DNA of 6,071 nt from a virus. The notes beneath the pieces are model-generated. The model was not told the DNA's origin. It searched no databases and saw nothing but the letters and a program-made list of their open reading frames with translations. Position numbers and translations under genes: made by a program. Of the stretch, positions 1 to 3,804 are shown piece after piece (position 1 is the stretch's first letter; every line of letters begins with the position of its first letter). Location: positions 1-6,071 of the IMG/VR virus record IMGVR_UViG_3300020030_000057, one strand, 5' to 3'.

Positions 1-121
1 TAAGACCACGACGAAGTACGGGCAGAAGGGCGAGGCATATAACCAAGAAAATCACCAACGCCAGCAGATACGAATTTTCGCGTATAACGGCGATGTTGGA
101 GGAGGCAAGATAAAGGTGTAA
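1..121. repeat. Terminal direct repeat, left copy (identical to 5951-6071); overlap of a circular contig
   Basis: Compared base by base: taagaccacgacgaagtacg...ggaggcaagataaaggtgtaa sits at both ends, 121/121 identical. The Rep reading frame continues without interruption across the implied junction (position 1 joins 5950). Confidence 0.95.
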
Positions 122-728
122 GCTTTCCATTTACGGTAACATATTTATCCGAAATTTCTTCGGGGTTAAACTGAATCTGTTTAGTAACATATTTAACGCA
201 ATATCGAGCGCGCTTATGAGTAGCTTTCGCCAACCACACGAAACCAAGGTCTCGAACAGCGGAACGAATAGTATTATAGAGCACATTTGTGCCAAACAAA
301 AAGCCGTGAAAATGCAGCCGAGGCTCATTTCCTGTTTCTGGGTGGGTGCCAAACTCCTGGAAAAAGGCGTGCTTAAACGAGTGGCCGAGCTTGTGGCGGA
401 GTCGCTCGTTGAATCGGCGGATAAACCAGGATGGATCGAGCAAAGCTTCATTGTAATATTTAGGCGATATAGTAATCGTAATGAAAATCGCCTGTTGACG
501 TTCAGCCTTACATCGAGCAAGCTCACGCTCTAAACGCACGAACCAATCATTACGCTGACGACGCAAGCAATCCTCGCACTTTCCACACGGAACCATCAAC
601 CATTGGCGGGAAATGTCCCAAGGGCGAAGAGCAAGCGCGGACTTGGCAACATCAGAGCCATCTCGGCAAGGGTTCTTCTTGTCAAAATAGCGACGGTTAC
701 GTATCCATATGGGAGAAGAGCAAGGCAT
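1..728 (-). CDS. VP4: Replication initiation protein (Microviridae VP4 / gene A-like HUH endonuclease), 5' part; continues at 5950 on the circle
   Basis: Not in the ORF track because the frame runs off the left edge. Manual translation from ATG 728-726 (in-frame TGA upstream at 752-750) gives MPCSSPIWIRNRRYFDKKNPCRDGSDVAKSALALRPWDISRQWLMVPCGKCEDCLRRQRNDWFVRLERELARCKAERQQAIFITITISPKYY... and stays open to base 1. Motifs: Cys cluster VPCGKCEDC; motif I AIFITITIS (465-491); HUH motif HFH in PRLHFHGFLFG (306-314); catalytic Tyr motif YCVKYVTK (180-203). This pattern is typical of microvirus VP4. Confidence 0.9.
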   Translation of the reverse strand, partial: MPCSSPIWIRNRRYFDKKNPCRDGSDVAKSALALRPWDISRQWLMVPCGKCEDCLRRQRNDWFVRLERELARCKAERQQAIFITITISPKYYNEALLDPSWFIRRFNERLRHKLGHSFKHAFFQEFGTHPETGNEPRLHFHGFLFGTNVLYNTIRSAVRDLGFVWLAKATHKRARYCVKYVTKQIQFNPEEISDKYVTVNGKLTPLSCLLQHRRYTRKFVSAGVGDFLGYMPRPSARTSSWS

Positions 729-928
729 TAGAGTAAACTTCGAAGACAATCAAATTTAATGCCAGGGTGATCAAGGCGACAACGAATAAGGTAATCATTC
801 GCGGGCGCCTCGTCGGCAAACCAAGCAATAATAACTCGTTTCCTGCCTCGGTATGCGCCAATAGAATAGCGATAATCAATACTATCAACAACAGGAGAAA
901 ACCTGGGGCGAAAGTCAAAATAATCCAT
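728..928 (-). CDS. Hypothetical 66-aa protein, stop overlapping the Rep start (TAATG)
   Basis: This is the ATG-initiated inner part (928-926) of track ORF 728..1156: MDYFDFRPRFSPVVDSIDYRYSIGAYRGRKRVIIAWFADEAPANDYLIRCRLDHPGIKFDCLRSLL. Third-position T bias (gat tat ttt ... tct cct gtt gtt gat agt att gat tat) matches the codon usage seen in VP1. TAA 730-728 overlaps the Rep ATG 728-726. The longer 142-aa version would read through the terminator hairpin, so I shortened it. No recognisable family. Confidence 0.45.
   Translation of the reverse strand: MDYFDFRPRFSPVVDSIDYRYSIGAYRGRKRVIIAWFADEAPANDYLIRCRLDHPGIKFDCLRSLL
751..783 (-). promoter_or_regulatory. Candidate Bacteroides-type promoter for Rep (-7 box TAAATTTG, -33-like gTTG, 21-nt spacer)
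   Basis: The minus strand reads gTTG (783-780), then 21 nt, then TAAATTTG (758-751). The -7 box exactly matches TAnnTTTG and ends 22 nt upstream of the Rep ATG (728). The -33 element matches only 3 of 4 bases. Confidence 0.4.
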
Positions 929-1093
929 AATCGAAAAGTAATACCTTGCGCTTCGAAAGACGGTACTTTCGAGCACGAGAACTGCTCCGTTACGCCGCTC
1001 GACGGCCTTAACGGCCGGGACGCTGCGCGTCTTCGAGCTCCATGGCTTCACTTCGCAATGTGTATACCGAACAAGTTCGGTGAATCTGAGGAT

Positions 1094-1127
1094 AAAAAAA
1101 AATCCCAGGGGAGAGACTCCCCTGGGA
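1094..1127 (-). terminator. Rho-independent terminator (minus-strand transcription)
   Basis: The minus strand reads tcccaggggag-tct-ctcccctggga followed by nine T. The stem is 11 perfect base pairs (1103-1113 with 1117-1127, 8 of them G:C), the loop is 3 nt (1114-1116), and the T-run is 1094-1102. It lies 46 nt after the ORF107 stop and 9 nt after the stop of the basic mini-ORF. Confidence 0.8.
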
Positions 1128-1136
1128 GCCAACGAG

Positions 1137-1211
1137 CTAAAGGACTCGACCTCCAAGCGGACGGGTTACAACTTTAGTCCCTTTCCCCTTCTTTTTCCGA
1201 CGGGCTTTCAT
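1137..1211 (-). CDS. Possible 24-aa highly basic peptide (candidate J/VP8-like DNA-condensing protein), overlapping the 3' end of ORF107 in another frame
   Basis: This is the inner ATG (1211-1209) of track ORF 1137..1340: MKARRKKKGKGTKVVTRPLGGRVL. It has 10 basic and 0 acidic residues in 24, with stop TAG at 1137-1139 just upstream of the terminator. Support is size, charge and position only. The overlapped frame of ORF107 is equally codable. Confidence 0.3.
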   Translation of the reverse strand: MKARRKKKGKGTKVVTRPLGGRVL

Positions 1212-1497
1212 CGCAATCGATATTAAGGTTAAACATAAGAATGATCGTATTATCAAAGAACTCGATGCAGAAGTCGGGAAGGGTCTCGCAAACACCAACA
1301 AGGCCAGAAATATCCGAGTGGTTAACGTAGAGAGAGTCACTGATATCCGAGCTCTTCAAATAGGGCGCAACGGGAGAGTCTGCGATAACACCGAAGGGGA
1401 GAGGCTCAAACTGTCGGTCATTGAGGTGTCCTACCTGAACGAGATCAATTTTGAGAGCCGGATTAATTCGACGAATAATAACATGAATCTGTGTCAT
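1174..1497 (-). CDS. Hypothetical protein, 107 aa (acidic C-terminal tail)
   Basis: Track ORF with an ATG start and the same NNT codon bias as VP1 (att cat gtt att att cgt ... gat att tct ggc ctt gtt ggt gtt). It starts 11 nt after the ORF105 stop and is the last long gene before the terminator. No family recognised. Confidence 0.75.
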   Translation of the reverse strand: MTQIHVIIRRINPALKIDLVQVGHLNDRQFEPLPFGVIADSPVAPYLKSSDISDSLYVNHSDISGLVGVCETLPDFCIEFFDNTIILMFNLNIDCDESPSEKEGERD

Positions 1498-1508
1498 AAT
1501 AACATAAT

Positions 1509-1826
1509 TTAAAAAATAGACTTGAATTTACCACAAAAACTACACCAAAGGTTCGACTGATCTACCCAAAAGTCATAACCTTCCGGCGTCATAGCAAGCG
1601 GGAAGGACGTAGCAATAATAGCTTCCGCAGCTCCGCCGCGCAAACGACATACGCTGCGAAGTTTAATGCGCAAATTGTCACGAAAAGATCGATGATTCGG
1701 GTGAAATACCTCGTAATTCCTTTTATACGCGGCAAATGAATTTTGGCGGACAAGCCATTCAATAAACACGTACTCGAGAACATCAACAGAGAGGTCAGAG
1801 AGCCTAGAATTTTTACTTGCTTTCAT
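1509..1826 (-). CDS. Hypothetical protein, 105 aa
   Basis: Track ORF with an ATG start 26 nt downstream of a consensus -7 promoter box, and NNT codon bias (tct gtt gat gtt ... cat cga tct ttt cgt gac aat). Sequence MKASKNSRLSDLSVDVLEYVFIEWLVRQNSF...MTPEGYDFWVDQSNLWCSFCGKFKSIF. No family recognised with confidence. Confidence 0.75.
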   Translation of the reverse strand: MKASKNSRLSDLSVDVLEYVFIEWLVRQNSFAAYKRNYEVFHPNHRSFRDNLRIKLRSVCRLRGGAAEAIIATSFPLAMTPEGYDFWVDQSNLWCSFCGKFKSIF

Positions 1827-1852
1827 AGTAATATGGTTATTGGTTTACAACG

Positions 1853-1883
1853 CAAATATACAATATGAAAAGAGAAACGCAAA
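1853..1883 (-). promoter_or_regulatory. Bacteroides-type promoter: -33 TTTG, 19-nt spacer, -7 TATATTTG
   Basis: The minus strand reads TTTG (1883-1880), then 19 nt (1879-1861), then TATATTTG (1860-1853). This fully matches the Bacteroides primary-sigma consensus TTTG-N19-21-TAnnTTTG. It sits in the 86-nt VP2/ORF105 spacer, 26 nt upstream of the ORF105 ATG. Confidence 0.55.
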
Positions 1884-1912
1884 GTTCGAAAGGTTGGAAG
1901 AATTGTTCAATT

Positions 1913-3169
1913 TTACTTCACATAGCGACGGCTGGCCTTCGTAGTTCCAGCGTATCTGCCATCTTTACCGTAAATCTCTTTACTCTCATCGTAATCAATG
2001 GGAGTAGGGCGCTTTGACACGGCCGTGCCGGCGATAGCCATAGCACCAACCAAGGCGGTTCTCGCCAAACTATAGCCAAAAGCATTCTTGCTGGATCGGT
2101 TTTGAAACCAGCGACCCGAGAGGTCTTGTTCACCTTCCGAAGCAGCGAAGCCCATAAGCTTCTGATGAATCTGGCGACCCGTCATCTTTATTGTCTTACC
2201 GGTAGGCTTACCTTTTTCGTTAACTTCGGGGACGTCAACTTCCGAATCCCAATTGAGGTTAAACCACTCGCGAAGATCAGCAAGATTGACCTTACGTATC
2301 TCAGACTCAACGTTCAAGACATCGCCGGAGGTAGCAGATTCGTAAGCAGCGGCAAAGTCCCGAGCGATTTGAGCAGCGTAAACGGAATCAAAGTACTTGT
2401 CGTTGTATTTCTTGATCTGATTCGCTTCCTCAACATGCTTCGCGTACATGGAGACAAAGTCTTGAAACTTATATGTGGCCATAAGATCGGCATACTCAGC
2501 GTCAGCAGCATGAATGTCAGCCAAAGCGCGATTAAGGCGAATTAATTCAGAAACATTATCAATGTGATGTTCCAAAGACTTCTTCTCTAAATTATCCATC
2601 TCCTTTCGCCAATCTGCACTATGAGTATTACCTCTCATGAGTTCAGCCTCAGCATTATCACGATTAGCAGCAGCGGCATTGCGATCAACCGAGGAGCGAG
2701 CCATCATATTCTGCGCGATAGCGGCGGGGTCGCCAGGGGCGAAAGCGCCGGGGCTGATAAGAGCACCACCGGTGGGACCCGAAGCAGAAGGCATGGAAGC
2801 GGAACCGCCTGACATAGTAGCGTTAACGCCGACACCCGAAGAGCCTAAAACAGCGGCAGGTGTAACGCCAGCCTTCAAATAACGGTCGAAAACCTTCGAG
2901 GGATCATTATAAGCGTTTTCATAATCGAATTGTCTCTGCCAATTGGCATAAGAGAGTTCAGATTGCTTCTGCATCTGCTCGAGAGCATACTGTTGCTGAA
3001 GCTTCATCTGCTTCTGCTGAAATTTCCACTGACGACGGGCGTTCATGCCGCCAAAAAGCTGACCTAAAAAGCCATTAATCAAGCCGTTAGTACCGGTAGA
3101 GGCAGCGGATTCGCCGAGGGAACGACCAAAAGATGCGGCGCCGGCGGCAGCAGCAACGGGGATAGCCAT
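1913..3169 (-). CDS. VP2: Minor capsid / DNA pilot protein (Microviridae VP2, phiX174 H analogue), 418 aa
   Basis: Track ORF. Features: Gly/Ala-rich N-terminus (MAIPVAAAAGAASFGRSLG...); a Q-rich helical segment followed by the pilot-protein signature ...YENAYNDPSKVFDRYLKAGVTPAAVLG (compare AG[LV]NP in VP2/H proteins); a long Ala/Gly/Ser linker; a coiled-coil-like acidic middle. Size and composition are typical of VP2. Confidence 0.85.
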   Translation of the reverse strand: MAIPVAAAAGAASFGRSLGESAASTGTNGLINGFLGQLFGGMNARRQWKFQQKQMKLQQQYALEQMQKQSELSYANWQRQFDYENAYNDPSKVFDRYLKAGVTPAAVLGSSGVGVNATMSGGSASMPSASGPTGGALISPGAFAPGDPAAIAQNMMARSSVDRNAAAANRDNAEAELMRGNTHSADWRKEMDNLEKKSLEHHIDNVSELIRLNRALADIHAADAEYADLMATYKFQDFVSMYAKHVEEANQIKKYNDKYFDSVYAAQIARDFAAAYESATSGDVLNVESEIRKVNLADLREWFNLNWDSEVDVPEVNEKGKPTGKTIKMTGRQIHQKLMGFAASEGEQDLSGRWFQNRSSKNAFGYSLARTALVGAMAIAGTAVSKRPTPIDYDESKEIYGKDGRYAGTTKASRRYVK

Positions 3170-3170
3170 A

Positions 3171-3473
3171 CTAAATGCGAGTTAAATTATTAGAACGAAT
3201 AATGTAGTCGACGCGCACTGTGTCGATGTGCACACCATTACATTGCACTCTGGCCTGAGCGGCGCAAGACGACAAGAAAAAGGCGGCCAAGGCGGCAACA
3301 ATGGAAGAAACGAGCGTCCAAAAAGCCTTAGACTTATAAAAAGGTTGTTTTGTATCAGACATGGGAATAAAATTTAAAGAACGATAGAAAAATGCGCGAC
3401 CTCTCCTGCAGTCGTTACCAATAACCTTCAGCAATTCACGGACTCTTGCAGAAGGGGTTCGCGCACGTAGCAT
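3171..3473 (-). CDS. Small membrane protein / putative lipoprotein (100 aa from ATG 3473; alternative 63-aa form from ATG 3362)
   Basis: Track ORF. From M38 the sequence is MSDTKQPFYKSKAFWTLVSSIVAALAAFFLSSCAAQ...: a Lys-containing n-region, a hydrophobic core of about 18 aa, then L-S-S-C (3264-3275), which fits the lipobox pattern [LVI][ASTVI][GAS]C. The stop TAG at 3171-3173 is 1 nt from the VP2 ATG. The upstream 37 codons are Arg-rich, have only modest third-position T bias (15/37), and overlap a long imperfect hairpin, so the true start is uncertain. Confidence 0.6.
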   Translation of the reverse strand: MLRARTPSARVRELLKVIGNDCRRGRAFFYRSLNFIPMSDTKQPFYKSKAFWTLVSSIVAALAAFFLSSCAAQARVQCNGVHIDTVRVDYIIRSNNLTRI

Positions 3474-3495
3474 ATATCTTCAAGTAAAGGATATA

Positions 3496-3792
3496 CTATT
3501 TTTCTTCAGGATCAGAGGAATTCGAGGCAGATTTAGACCTATCGAGCTGAGAATCAATAAGTTCCTGACCAACTTCGAGACCGTCGAACTTATCCATACG
3601 AGAAAATGAATTAGGATCGAAATCGATTTCAGGGTTAAATCTCTCTCCCTTCTCAAAGTCAGAAGGCTCAACCGTCACGTCCGGACGACCGGGAAGAACA
3701 TCAACAGAGCCAGAACCGTCGAGGACGGAAAGAATGCGCTGACCGCGAGAGACATAGGCGGGAGCGTCTTCGAGAAGCCAATCAAGTGCCAT
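3496..3792 (-). CDS. Hypothetical acidic protein, 98 aa (possible internal scaffolding / VP3-like role)
   Basis: Track ORF with its ATG 12 nt after the VP1 stop. It has 22 Asp/Glu against 10 Arg/Lys by my count, and looks disordered and Pro/Asp-rich. The scaffolding role is guessed from charge, size and the position next to VP1, not from recognised homology. Confidence 0.65.
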   Translation of the reverse strand: MALDWLLEDAPAYVSRGQRILSVLDGSGSVDVLPGRPDVTVEPSDFEKGERFNPEIDFDPNSFSRMDKFDGLEVGQELIDSQLDRSKSASNSSDPEEK

Positions 3793-3804
3793 ACAATCAA
3801 TATA

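Noticed and set aside
1-121. The 121-nt terminal repeats as biological direct terminal repeats, LTRs or att-site duplications of an integrated element.
   Set aside because: The repeats lie exactly at the window ends, are 100% identical, and fall inside the Rep coding sequence, which reads through the junction. There is no flanking non-phage sequence. This is the pattern of a circular assembly overlap.
697-918. A 73-aa ORF with two strongly hydrophobic helices (TTG start), considered as a holin-like or E-like lysis gene.
   Set aside because: The hydrophobicity comes from T at its second codon position, which is the T-rich third position of the overlapping frame 728..928. It has a non-ATG start and no independent support. 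The residual possibility is kept under findings.
951-1056. Recurrent CTTCG/CGAAG pentamers (951, 1031, 1051; also the palindrome cttcgaag at 738-745), considered as Rep-binding iterons.
   Set aside because: The motifs are short and irregularly spaced (80 and 20 nt), and partly explained by the hairpin stems already described. They are not distinguishable from chance without comparative data.
131-1156. Apparent absence of a long Rep ORF in the track (only 131..526 and 728..1156 on the minus strand). This raised the possibility of a pseudogenised Rep or stop-codon reassignment (for example TGA=Trp, as in the Spiroplasma microvirus).
   Set aside because: In the third minus frame, Rep is uninterrupted from 728 to base 1 under the standard code and continues at 5950. 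It was simply omitted from the track because it runs off the window edge. ORF 131..526 is an out-of-frame shadow with low-complexity sequence.
728-1156. The full 142-aa version of the ORF upstream of Rep.
   Set aside because: Its 5' third is translated straight through the 11-bp terminator hairpin and T9 tract (the PRGVSPLGFFF segment) and the hairpin-rich spacer. Codon bias is convincing only from about the ATG at 928 onward. It was shortened to 728..928.
1491-1515. A dif/Xer-like sequence (virion-sense AAATTATGTTATTATG, sharing TTATGTTA with the XerD arm of E. coli dif) in the ORF105/ORF107 junction, considered as an integration site for lysogeny.
   Set aside because: Only one arm matches. 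The second CATAA/TTATG copy is a direct repeat, not an inverted one, and there is no XerC-arm counterpart. The segment is a short A/T-rich gene junction where such matches arise by chance.
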